In this document: positions 1 through 11,700 of the stretch, piece after piece
Layout: each line of letters begins with the position of its first letter
Numbering within the stretch: position 1 is the first letter of the stretch
Source of the DNA: Owenia fusiformis
Lineage: Eukaryota
Length of the DNA: 64,000 nt
NCBI GenBank assembly: GCA_903813345.2
Contig: CAIIXF020000001.1
Location: 33,356,001-33,420,000, forward strand
Direction: 5' to 3'
Notes under the pieces: generated by a model
Told to the model about the DNA's origin: nothing
The model's database searches: none
What the model saw: the letters and a program-made list of their open reading frames with translations, nothing else
Made by a program: the position numbers and the translations under genes

Positions 1-837
1 TTATTATTATTACTAAGAAAACATTTTTTATTGTTAATTTGAAACGTAACACCATTTGTGAAAATCTCTCCCTATAACAAGGAGAAAATAAATAAAAATG
101 AGATGCATATCAATATTCTACACGTGCTACATTAAAAAGCAACATCATTTATTGAAGCAACATAACTTAAAATATCCAATTAAGTTTGATTTGTGCGTAT
201 ACTATTTCCTAATTTTACCTTACAAGCAGTTTTTAATGTTATTTTGAAATTATAAACATCAGTGTATAAAGATAATGATTCTGATTGCACACGGTCAGAA
301 TATACATATCCAACTGTTGGGCCTGCATTCAATATCCAAACAGTCCGAAATAGTTGGAATGACACAATCATCAATGTAACTCCTCACAGCTGTGAATTAT
401 ACGTTTTAGCTACTGAATATTCCCAAATATATTAAGGAATGGCCATGTACATTTGTACCTTCAATCATACAAAACGAATGAATATCAAGCAATATCAAAC
501 ACAGGATTTGTTGATAAAACCTATATATGAATTTCTATATGAATTTATATTCTTGCGACATATATTTCAACGTATATAATATACATTTCCTCCATCGGTA
601 GATTTGCATGATCTACATCGTAAAATTACTTTGATCAAACGTACGAACATGTATCAGACATACGTATGAAATATCTAATACATATGAATATATACACAAT
701 CACATGTCTTTTATATGATTCTACATTCTTTCAACATCCATCTAATCTTTATAGCACATATTAGCTCATGTTGTCGTCAGTTGGTATACTTTCATCATAT
801 ATTCACTGTAAAATCAATTTGATCAAACTTACATTAA

Positions 838-1201
838 AGGTGCAACAAGTAGTGCAGAGAGGCCATTCAACGATCATGGAACAGTGTCAAAATATATTTA
901 AGTTTGGATATTTCATCAAGACTAACATCTATTTTTATTTTCTACAAAGAAACCCCCTAGATAATCATTATTTCAGCTTATATTCCTCTTGAAACATGGT
1001 GGATCTTAAAAATATAAAAGTGGACGTCCCCTTTTTGAAGCTTTGAACTGAATTTACACTTTTTAATGCCGAAATTGATAGTTTATCCATACATTTTAAG
1101 AAAATAGGTATGTCAAAGAGGATGTTAAGCCAATGGTTGCCTTGATAGCTCAGAAAAAGTTAAAATTTTCCAATTTTCACTCTACAAGCCTTATTGGCCC
1201 T
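838..1201. mobile_element. Non-autonomous TTAA-targeting DNA transposon (Kolobok-like)
   Basis: Flanked by TTAA (834-837, 1202-1205). Imperfect TIRs AGGTGCAACAAG / CTTATTGGCCCT. First ~120 bp is similar to the element at 45412-46163. Confidence 0.7.
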
Positions 1202-1524
1202 TTAAGATACAAAGTCAGGTGTTTCGGTAGACCATTTAAATGAGGATAGGTGCATTCGATTAAAATATACGTGTCATTCATATCAACCAATATAAAGGTA
1301 ATACCTGAAAGAATATTCAGGCCAGCATTGCATTTTTACCTTTTTGAGATATTTGGCGTAAAAACGGTAAAAACAGGTCATTTTTCTACTTGCTTCAATC
1401 CAACCAAATTTAACCCAATTTTAAAAAAGATCATCTGCAATGACGTTCAAATCTCATCCTATATTTGAGATGTTACCCTTTGCTGACATTCTTCTACATT
1501 GGAAAGGTCAAAAACGTTACTTTT

Positions 1525-1745
1525 GCGTATTGTCACGCATTTGCTGAAGAAATTTAAGTCACACCCGTTTGTTTGCGTGAAAGAATATGCAACGCAAATT
1601 CATACGTATATGTACGCATTTTCTCTGATTATCCTCAAGCATATACATTTCAGGAGAAGAACAAAAAAACAAATCCTGGAAACGAATGCCGTAAACAAAC
1701 GTTTGGAATTTTCATGCGAATTGCGTATATGTCACGCAATCGTCT
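1525..1745 (-). mobile_element. Internal fragment of the 6-bp-TSD TIR family
   Basis: TTGCGTATTGTCACGCATTTGCTGAAGAAATTTAA and following sequence match the interior of 29903-30221; no termini seen. Confidence 0.55.
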
Positions 1746-1902
1746 TTAGTCTTCAATTTTTTTGTGGATGGTGTTCGGCAGTTGGCATTCTGCATTCAGA
1801 GACAGCACTCCTTTTTTCTTTTTAAATCATGTATATATTTCTTATTTTATAACTTTGTATACATCAGGTCATTTTACAATATTGCAATATTTTTTTTAAA
1901 TA

Positions 1903-2990
1903 CAGGGTGGGCCAAAAAAAATTGCAACTTTTTTAAAATGCTAGAAAAGTATCAAAACATAATGGTATTGCCATAAAAAATTATTTACAGAAACTTAAGG
2001 ATAGGCATATTTTACCATTTAAATACTAAAGCTAAACTTTACTTCAAATTTTTTTATCAGATCTTTGAATATCAATGGTCTATTGTTCATTTGTCCGAGA
2101 TTTATCGTTTTTCCTAGAAAATGTTTCATTTATGTGATCAACAATAACATTCATTATGTTCACTAAATCTGTTACAATCTTGGATAACTGTTCAACCAAT
2201 GTCTAGTACAGTTTATATCAGTATCTAGTCACTATGATATTATGTATCTATTGATTATTTATTAAACAAATTTTATGCATCCACCTTTCACCTTCTCTAC
2301 AGCGCGCAAGGAGACATGGGCGGAACTGGTCAATGGCGCGATCCAGCGATTCTTGTGGTAGTTCTCTCCACTTCTCGTGCAAAACTTCTTTTAGTTTAAC
2401 AATAGTTTGTGGGGGATTACCATTAACTGCAATAAGCTGCTCCAGGTGCCCCCAATGGTGATAGTCACAGGAGTTGGCATCTGGGATATTTGGCAGCCAT
2501 TCATCAGGACTAATGAATCAAGGCTTATTCTCCTCCAGATATTCCAAAGTGACTTTTGCCCGATGGCTGGGAGCGATAGGGAAGGTGAAAGGGGGATGCA
2601 TAGAACATTTGTTTAATAGATAATTAATAAATACAATATAACATAATACCATAGTGACTAGATACTGATATAAACTAGACATTGAGGTAGACATTGTTTA
2701 AACAGTTATCCAAGATTTAGTGAACATTATGAATGTGTTATTGTTGATCACATAAAATCATATAAAGTCACATTTTTAAGGAAAATGGTAAATCTCGGAC
2801 ACATGAACAATTGACCATTGATATTCAAAGATCTGACAAAAAAATTTGAAGCCAGTTTTAGCTTTAGCATTTGACTGGTAAAATATGCCTCTCCTTAAGT
2901 TTCTGTAAATAATTTTTTATGGCAATACCCTTATGTTTTGATACTTTTCTATCCTTTTAAAAAAGTTGCAAAATTTTTTGGCCCACCCTG
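1903..2990 (-). mobile_element. Deleted Tc1/mariner (DD37D/maT-like) element with ~400-bp inverted arms
   Basis: TA|CAGGGTGGGCCAAAAAA...TTTTTTGGCCCACCCTG|TA. Arms span ~1903-2300 and ~2577-2990. Confidence 0.9.
2260..2575 (-). pseudogene. Transposase C-terminal relic, DD37D-type spacing
   Basis: Manual translation: APSHRAKVTLEYLEENKP*FISPDEWLPNIPDANSCDYHHWGHLEQL...KLKEVLHEKWRELPQESLDRAIDQFRPCL. This matches the (DG)APSH...WPPNSPDLNPLDY motif, with 37 residues between the implied second D and the third D. Confidence 0.85.
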
Positions 2991-3237
2991 TAGATACAAT
3001 TGCAATTATTTAAAACATTATTACAATAGTTTACAAATATAATGTAACATAAGTTGTTTAACCATTCATCAAAATAAGTATACTTAGTGTCTTGTACCTT
3101 ACCTTAAAGACAAGAGTTTTATACTTTTTCAAGCTTAATTCAATTTTAAAATCATCTAAAATATAATTTTCAGGTGGGTCTATTACATTAGTAGGCATAC
3201 TCTATGATATTGAAAGAACAAATGTTTATAGTATTCT

Positions 3238-3452
3238 CAGGCCCGTAGCCAGGGGGGGGGGGGGGTTCGCAGGGTTCGGGCGAACCCCCCCCCTGGCCAA
3301 AAATTCTTTCAAAATCATGCAGTTTTTCACCATTTTGAGCACTTTTCAAGTGATTTTGACCATATTTGGGCCTAAATTGTCAAATGTGAACCCCCCTGGA
3401 AATTTTTGAAAACTGAATCCCCCCCCCTTGGCAAATCCTGGCTACGGGCCTG
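3238..3452. mobile_element. MITE with CAGGCCCGTAGCCAGG TIRs and 5-bp TSD
   Basis: Perfect 16-bp TIR. ATTCT on both sides (3233-3237, 3453-3457). Confidence 0.85.
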
Positions 3453-3517
3453 ATTCTACTTGTCTGAAAATATCACACTTGTCATTAACAATTAGTTTCT
3501 ATCATGATCTTAGGAGT

Positions 3518-3717
3518 CACTGGCGAACCCAGAAAAAAGCCTAAAAAGACCCTTTTGGTCAATACTGGGTCCTTTAAGGTCTTATTTTTCAATTTCAGGC
3601 CAAATTTTAAGAAAACGGTCCTCAAAATTTCAAAATTTTGGCCAACTTTTGGGTTTTAGGGAAGTTTTTTCTCTGACCTGAATTTGCCCCCCTTGTTGGT
3701 TCCCAGATCCGCCCCTG
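3518..3717. mobile_element. Degenerate MITE related to the CAGGGGCG-terminal type
   Basis: Ends CACTGGCGAACCCAG / CCCAGATCCGCCCCTG. Flanks GGAGT / GAAGT (4 of 5 match). Confidence 0.5.
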
Positions 3718-5251
3718 GAAGTAATTGTTTGCATGGTAGAATGTAATGTAAAAGTTTGTATTTGAAATTGGCCACTTTTTATTTTTGGATTGCTTTAAAA
3801 GAATCCAAGTATGTTGAAACAGCATTTGACTATTTTGGATTTCACAAAGATTAATTCAAAATGATTCCAAATATGTTTAGTTGCTATAAGTTCCAGCAAG
3901 ATAGAATATATGTCTCTAGGACTTGCATGTTTATCCAAAAATCTATAATGCTTCAATTTACAGTCATAAAACCTTAAACTTACATTTGTATTAACATATA
4001 CGTACATCTGCTTGCCTCACTTAATATTTTAACTATATATTGAAATGGCAAAGATTGCTTAACAGTTATATATTCTGCCATCCATTTGACCCTAGATTTG
4101 AGCTTCAGACCCTATATTTAAGGGGTCAGCACCCGGTGTTTGTAACAAATGGCAGGCTGTAACAATGTAAATGTTAATGCCTTAATCGTTAATGGATGAA
4201 GTGGGATGGGAGGTATCCCACTTATAGAGGTCCATTTAACATTAATGAGTTGGTCTTGGCACTCTGAAATGTTCCACTTGACATATTTCACTCCAATCCA
4301 TCCAGCTCTATGAACGAGCACTCTTTCATTGGTAAAGGGTGTATTTGAGAGTAAATATCAACTGAACGATTCCTCCATGGGCTAGTATTTAGCCTAATAA
4401 AAACTGTCGAAAGATGAAAATACAGGTGATACAGATCTTCAAATAAACAAAGTTAAATTATGCTATTCTCATTGCAAAGTGGCGTTTACATATTAACATA
4501 CATAGGGGTCTACAATTTTTAAACCAATTTTCTTTATGCCCCATGGGACTTTTTGAGAGGGAACAACATTTTTCCAATGTGTGATGGGCGTTCATAAAAG
4601 GGAAATAGTTTTCCCAAGCCAGTGGACATTTATTTAGTAGAGTTGACGTGTACATCTTTTGAAACCAAAAATTATTCTTCATTTAGGTACTCTGTTCGAG
4701 AAATAGAGATTAAATTCAAAAAGATGAAGTGAGTACATGGCGAAAATGAAACTTCTTGCGAATGGGAGAACATCCAATTTGATACGAGGACAGTCTGTCT
4801 TCGTTTCCAGTTAATCCCAAGTGATTACGTTTAGAATGTTTTGTTCTTTTACATTTTACGATTTGATAAGAGACAGAGACTAAGAAATTAAATGCGACGA
4901 AACATTTTGACAACGTAATATGTGTACTGTTTATTCTTAAAGTTTTAAGCGTTAACTTATTTTATCGGTATCAAAATGTTTCATTTTATTTTGCCTATAT
5001 AAAATATATTGAATAAGATAAGATCAACTGTTCCATAATATATATTGTGTTTTGATGACCTTTTTTAGAATCACAATGTAAAATAAATCCCCCGTTCCTG
5101 TCATTCCGGTAACGCCGTGTAATGGATGCAATTCAAAGTGAGAGAGAGATCTATACATCAGAATGCGTCCATGCCATTAATTTTGCCAAATACATGACAT
5201 GAAACTGGCTTGAGGTGCATCCCCCTTTATCTGGTAAATTATGACTAAATT

Positions 5252-5356
5252 TTTCGGACAACTGGGTTTCGGACAACTGGGTTTCGGAGAACTGGGTTTC
5301 GGACAACTGGGTTTCGGACAACTGGGTTTCGGAGAACTGGGTTTCGGACAACTGGG
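5252..5356. repeat. 15-bp minisatellite (TTTCGGACAACTGGG) x7
   Basis: Direct reading. It explains the repetitive ORFs 5151..5375 and 5177..5362. Confidence 0.95.
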
Positions 5357-5540
5357 GTGCACCCAGATAGAACAAGAAAAGAGCTTTAAAATGTTTTTTA
5401 ATTAAAGCTTGTAGGACAATTTTGATGGAAGTTGAATCAATTTTTGTCGAAATAAATTATGGCTCACTACAAGTTAATGCCTGTACGATTCCATACTGCA
5501 AAAGAAGCACTATGACCCCCCCCCTCAAAAGAAAAAAGTA

Positions 5541-5612
5541 GGTCCTGCCGGGATTCGAACTCGGGAACGAGTGTGTCCGAGTCGTGCTCGCTAACCACTA
5601 GGCTACCAATGA
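5541..5612 (-). pseudogene. tRNA-derived sequence (SINE head or tRNA pseudogene)
   Basis: Minus strand reads GGTAGCCTAGTGGTTAG (A box)...CCGAGTTCGAATCCCGG (B box/T arm), followed by a T run. The acceptor stem does not pair. Confidence 0.7.
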
Positions 5613-6221
5613 TGAGGTTATTTCTAACTTAGAAGTAGTGGATTTATTTATGAAATTGTCGGCTCTCTAGCAAAAACACGTAGCAGCCACTTGTGTACCG
5701 ACAATTGTCGGTTCTCTATCTGGCCCTGGACAGTCCCCAGTACCGACAATTGCCGTTTTTCTAGTTAATACATGGTTACGTATAGTTCTATTCCGGGTTC
5801 CCCTGTGTTCTTGCGTAAATTGGACTCCAAATGACACGCTATTTAGCTGTTTACCTGCTGTTTACCTTATTTCTTTTCCCTACATAAAAATGATCAGAAA
5901 AATAAAAAGCTTAGAATGAAATTAAGACATACATTAAGAATAATATTATGACAAACAACCAAGGATAATGCAGGGTGTCCAAAAAAATAGGACCATAAGA
6001 AAGTTGAATAACTCGGTCAATTTTGCATATTTTGCCTTGAAATTTCAGAATAATTTAGTTCATTCAATGTGAATTTTGTTGTGAAAGTTTGATAATAATC
6101 TACCAATTGAGTCAAAAACTACAGCTCCTTACAAAACATGCCCCAAATGTGCAAATCTCATCTCTATGCACAATTCAATCCGGCGAACAAAGCTGTTGAT
6201 GATCCTCCTACACACATGTCT

Positions 6222-6867
6222 TTCTGAATGGACAAGTTTGTTCCAAGAACAATTGCTACTGGGGCCTACCTCTCCTGATGAAGTGTTACAGCATACATTG
6301 CATTCTGAACAATGCACTCCCTGGGTGGCAATGAGGAAACATGGAATCATCAGTCCCTTTTGGTTCGAAGCATCCTTGCTGCAAGGGTATTTTACAAGTA
6401 TAGAATTTAGGCATAAATGAAGTCCTTTGAAGAAGGATGGGTTCGAAGGTGACTGGGGACTTGCTATCACCATGAACAAGGACCAGTAAGTTCTCACCAA
6501 GTTTTGGAGGTCACTAAGCACCAGAAGGGACATCTAAGGAGATAATTAAGCAGTGGTTTCAACAAGCCAATACCACCCCAACACTGCAAATGATATGCTG
6601 AAATGGTTTAGGCAATGCTTTGGTGGTCAGCTCATCAGTTGCAGAATGCTCATTCGCCTGATCTAAATCCCCCGAATTTTTATCTTTGAGGATTTCTCAA
6701 AGCCAATGTGTATACTGACAGGCCCCTAACAATCTTAAGAGGGCAATAACTAACCCAATATTTACCATCCACATTAATGAGTATAGGTAAGGGTCATTAA
6801 CAACTTTGTTCGCAGGATTCGTTTGTGCATAGAGAGGAGAAGTGCCCACTTTGAGCATGTTTTGTAA
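6222..6867 (+). pseudogene. Decayed DDD transposase catalytic region
   Basis: Frameshifted fragments LNGQVCSKNNCYWG, PDEVLQHTLHSEQCTPWVAMRKHGIISPFWFE, QWFQQA, ANDMLKWFRQCFGGQLIS, HSPDLNPPNFYL*GFLKANVY, VINNFVRRIRLCIERRSAHFEHVL*. Confidence 0.85.
6371..6439. mobile_element. 69-bp micro TIR element with 9-bp TSD
   Basis: GGTTCGAAG at 6362-6370 and 6440-6448. Ends CATCCTT...AAGGATG. Removing it restores the transposase reading PFWFEGDWGLAITMNK. Confidence 0.8.
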
Positions 6868-7209
6868 AGGACTGTAGTTTTTGACACAATAAACAGATTA
6901 TCATCAAACTTTCAGAACAAAATTCTCATTGAATGAACTAAATAATTCTTAAATTTCAAGGCAAAATATGCAAAATTGACCGAGTTATTCAACTTTCTTA
7001 CGGTCCTGTTTTTTTTTGGACACCCTATATAAGGAACAAGAGCTAAGGATAAAATTTGTTTGGTGCTAAGGATGTAGACTAAGGCTCTAAGGATAATGTT
7101 GAGCCATTGTTATTAGAAAATGGCTAACATTAACATTCATCTTGTAACTTAGGAGATTTTAAGGAGTGAGCAAAGGAAAATTAATCAAGAGGTGAAAATT
7201 ATCTGAAAT

Positions 7210-7304
7210 ATGCAGGTTGAGAGTGGCAGTTTACTTGACATCAGACAGCACAGGGCTGCCCACAGGAGAGGGAGGAGGCATACATTAGCATTTACAAATG
7301 TTAG
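7210..7304 (+). CDS. PDE4: Putative alternative first coding exon of cAMP phosphodiesterase 4 (dunce ortholog)
   Basis: ATG follows an in-frame TGA. Encodes MQVESGSLLDIRQHRAAHRRGRRHTLAFTNV+AG, then the phase-2 donor GTATGT. Resembles the recalled Drosophila dunce isoform start MQAEQGSIGDLQKYHSRYLKNRRHTLANVR|FDVENG. Too short for the ORF track. Confidence 0.7.
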
Positions 7305-8063
7305 GTATGTTACAATAAATGCACAGGGAGCTATTTATACAGGTTTTGTGGGGTTAGAATGTGACTTAGCAATTATTAATAATTGCTAGTCCATGTGGCT
7401 GAAGTCAGAAATATAATTTAAACCAGTCTGTGAAATCATTTTGAGAAAAAGAAAACACATAAACACGGGGTACCATCGAATAATTTTGGCAACGTACCGG
7501 AGAACGACATTTTACTAAGAAATGGCAATAATTTAGCACAATATATTTTTTAACTAGAGTTATACTTTGATTTTGACAAAAGTAAGTATTCCATGCAATG
7601 GCTATTTCATTCATGAGTTTGTAGGAATTCTGTTGGAACCCAGTTCTGATCAAGTACGAAGTTATTGAAATCGGCGCAGTCGGACTTTACTCCGAAAGAT
7701 GGTTTTTCGATAATAACTTTTTACAACATTTAAGTATAGACTTTTGAAAAAAGTACAGAATAGTCCTTATACTATTGAATAATTCTGTTATTTCTGATTC
7801 ACACGACTCTGATTTGTTTAATTAAAAAAAAGTTTTAAAAATATTACTTAGGAACGTAACCGGAGCTGGGAACGTAACCGGAGCAGATCAGTTGAATTAT
7901 ATAATTAAAAAAATAAAATATATGATATAAAGCCTCTGTAAATAACCCCTTGTCAAGTGTCAACGTATGGGCTAAAACATCCATGGATTTTTCATTCAAC
8001 CAAGATTGACTAGTTGAGTAGACTTTATATCCTCTTTGCTTGATTTATTATCCAATCTATTCT

Positions 8064-8771
8064 CACAGGCTGGTATCGAAAAATTTGTCCGCTGTGACTG
8101 AGCGTGCTATTTTGCATAGAAACACTAGGAAATCCACACAATTTATTTTTTACTCATATGTTTTGCTATATCAAAGAAATGAATATATCATTTGCAGGTA
8201 ACTTTAACTTCTGTTTGAAGTCCAACAACGTTAAGAGTAAAAGCTATTGAAAACGGCGTCGTAGTATCATACTCCAAAATGTACCATTTCTTTTATTTCT
8301 TTTTAATGGTACAATATAGCGACACAATAATATTTACATATATTTTCAACATAACTCTGAAGGTATTAATGATATCTTGATGTATTGGGTATTTTTTTAT
8401 TTTATAAAAAAATAATGATTACATTTTTTGTCCGCTGTGACGGAGCAGTTTCAAATCTGAAATACGTTAAGAATTTAGATTTATAATATATCTCTTTACA
8501 TCTACACTTTAGAGGAGTGAGCCTGTCAAATCTCTTTCGTAAAGTATTCTGAAAAATGAATCGTAATAAAAGTACTCAATTCAAATTCTGAGATGTAGGC
8601 TATATACAACCACTCTTTAAGTTTTTTTTCTCAGTTTGTACTGCAATCCAACTTATGCATGGTAACTCATGAAAATGATAGCCAACTTCATTTCAGTATA
8701 GGGTATTTGCCTTTCATAGTGCCTTTTGTGGATCCATCGGCCTGACATGGTAATTTATTATGGTAACTTGA
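8064..8771 (+). mobile_element. Dispersed repeat family A (CACAGGC terminus), 5' part of copy 1
   Basis: Colinear with 32370-35345 and with the inverted copy at 45173-46330. Resumes at 21545. Confidence 0.8.
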
Positions 8772-11700
8772 TTATTAGACTCCAGATGTAAATCTGGAGT
8801 CTATTGTTTTCGTCAGTATTCTTCTTTATTATTATTAGACTCCAGATGAAATCTGGAGTCTATTGTTTTCGTCAGTTTTCTTATTATTAGACTCCAGATT
8901 GAAAATCTGGAGTCTATTGCTTTTGCCAGTTTTCTTATTATTATTATTAGACCCCATTAGGTCAACTTTTTATCTAGGTCAAAGGTTAAGAACTAGGTCA
9001 AATCTTACATTTTTAACATTCTGTCAATTATCTTCGTCATTATTAATCGAAACACCTGGATGAACATCTTATTGTGTAGCTTAGAAAAAAACAAAGTGAG
9101 AGTGTGCCATCCGTTTTTTGATAACTCTAACCGATTTTGAGATATGGCGTCCGGAAAGTAGGTCAAACTGAAAAGTTCTTCAAATTTAACATATGAGCTA
9201 TGAAATAAGTGTAGAATTTTCTCAGGAATCTGAATCTGCAAACCAAATTTCAATCCGACTTTCATTTCGAAAGTTATGGCGTTTTGAAAGCTCAAAAATC
9301 GCCAAATTTGTGTCTAATGTTAAGTCAATAGGAAAAAAGATTTTTTTGAAGTGTAAAATATGAGATATAGACTGAGTATAGCTAAGCGTAATGAATGCCT
9401 ACACAAGAAGGGGACCTCAAAAGCTACCTAACTTCAAAATTTGGACACCAAAATGCTTAGGTCAAAATCTAGGTCAAATTTATAGTTTTTCCTTTTGCGA
9501 TTCTGACACTACACATTAATGATTTGTTTCAAAATTTTGTATACAGATAAAGGAGTGTGCTAATAGTGTTAGCCTTTTGCCGTCAGAAAGTATTTTGACC
9601 CACTTTTGAGATATGGTGTCCGAAAAGTAGGTCAAAATTAAAAGTTCTCCGAATTTAGCATATGAGCTATGACGTAAGGATAGAATTTTCTGAGGAATCC
9701 GAATCTGCAAACCAAACTTCGATCGGACTTCCTGTTTGAAAGTTATAGTGTTTTGAAAGCTCAAAAATGGCTAAATTTGGTGCCCCATGTTATGTCAATG
9801 GGAAAAAAGATTTTTTTGAAGTCTAAAATACCAGATATAGACTGAGTACAGCTTAACATTCTGAAAGCCTATAAAAGAAGGGGACCTCATAGGCTATCTA
9901 GCTTTAAAATTTGGACACCAAAATGCCAAGGTCAAAATCTAGGGCAAATTCATAGTTTTTCCTTATTTTTGCGATTCTGACATTACACTTTAATGATTTG
10001 CTTCGAAATTTTGTATACGGGTAGCAAAGAGTGTGCTAATAGTGATAGCCTTTTGCCGTCCGAAAGTATTTTGACCCACTTTTGAGATATGGTGTCCAGA
10101 AATGTAGGTCAAAATAAAAAATTCTTCAAATTTAATGTATGAGTTATGAATTAAGGGTAGAATTTTCTCAGGAATCCGAATCTTTAAACTAAATTTCAAT
10201 CTAACTTCTGGTAAGATAGTTATAGCGGTTTGAAGTCTGAAAAAGTCGATATGATGATATCCCCATGTTAAGCCAATGGAGTCGAAGATAACATTCTTAA
10301 GAGTTGTCTAAATGTCTATATTCTAGCTGACTCAGCTTATTCTGGATGACTCAGCTTACAATTATTCTGGATGACTCAGCTTAGAAAAAGTTTTAAATCT
10401 GGAGTCTTAAATTGAACTTGTTCAATTTACATGTCTAGTTATTAGACTCCAGATTGAAAATCTGGAGTCTATTGCTTTTGCCAGTTTTCTTCTTATTATT
10501 ATTATTATTATTATTCTTTCTTTCCGCGTTTTCTCAGCAACTAGAGGGACTTACTTAAATCTGCTAACATAGTCAACTAGGTAATGAGTTCTAGTTTCTG
10601 GGAAATTAGGTCAAATGTTTATCTAGGTCAAAGGTCAAGAACTGGGTCAAATCGTCACTTTTCGCTATTTTACAAGTTTTCTCAGTCGCCCTTGGGTATT
10701 TTTGCTCCGGGTTTTTTTCATCATGTTCCTTAGAAAAAAAGCTAATTCCGTAAGGCAAATCGTTTTTTGATTACTCTTACCGATTTTGAGATATGGCGTC
10801 CGAAAAGTAGGTCAGAACATAAAAAGTTCTCCAAATTCAACGTGTGAATTATCAAATAAGTGTAGAATTATCTCAGAAATCCGAATCTGCAAACAAAATT
10901 TCGATCCGACTTCCGGTTCGGAAGTTATAGCGTTTTGAAATCTCAAAAATCGCTAAATTTGGTGCCTATGTTAAGTCAATGGGAAAAAAGGCTTTTTCGA
11001 AGTGTAAAATACAAGATATAGACGGAGTTCAGCTTAACATATTGAATGCCTATAAAAGAAGGGGACCTCAAAAGCTACATAGCTTCGAAATTTGGACACC
11101 AAAATGCCTAGGTCAAAATCTAGGTCAAATTCATAGTTTTTCCTTATTTTTGCGATTCTGGCACTACACTTTTAGGATTTGCTTCAAAATTTTGTATACA
11201 GGTAGCAAAGAGTGTGCTAATAGTGAGAGCCTTTTGCCGTCAGAAAGTATTTTGACCCACTTTTGAGATATGGTGTCCGTAAAGTAGGTCAAAATAAAAA
11301 TTTCTCATAATTTAACTTATGAGTTATGAATTAAGGGTAGAATTTTCTCAGGAATCCGAATCTGCAAACCAAATTTCAATCCGACTTTTCGTTAGGAAGT
11401 TATGGCGTTTTGAAAGCTCAAAAATCGCTAATTTTGGTGCCCCATGTTATGTCAATGAGAAAAAAGATTTTTTTGAAGTGTAAAATACCAGATAAAGACT
11501 GAGTACAGCTTAAGATTCTGAAAGTCTATAAAAGAAGGGGACCTCGAAGGCTATCTAGCTTTAAAATTTGGACACCAAAATCCCTAGGTCAAAATCTAGG
11601 TCAAATACATAGTTTTTCCTTATTTTTGCGATTCTGGCACTACACTTTTAGGATTTGCTTCAAAATTTTGTATACATGTAGCAAAGAGTAGGCTAATAGT

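Larger units (their letters stand above)
5971..7027 (+). mobile_element. Deleted Tc1/mariner (DD41D/rosa-like) element with ~240-bp inverted arms
   Basis: Termini CAGGGTGTCCAAAAAA / TTTTTTGGACACCCTA followed by TA. Arms span ~5971-6215 and ~6790-7027. Confidence 0.9.

Noticed and set aside
296..388. Possible minus-strand terminal exon (VRSYIDDCVIPTISDCLDIECRPNSWICIF*)
   Set aside because: Plausible acceptor but no recognisable homology and no partner exons.
5252..5356. Possible CRISPR-like array (also considered for 22005-23116 and 55954-56195)
   Set aside because: Contiguous tandem repeats without unique spacers, no cas genes, eukaryotic context.
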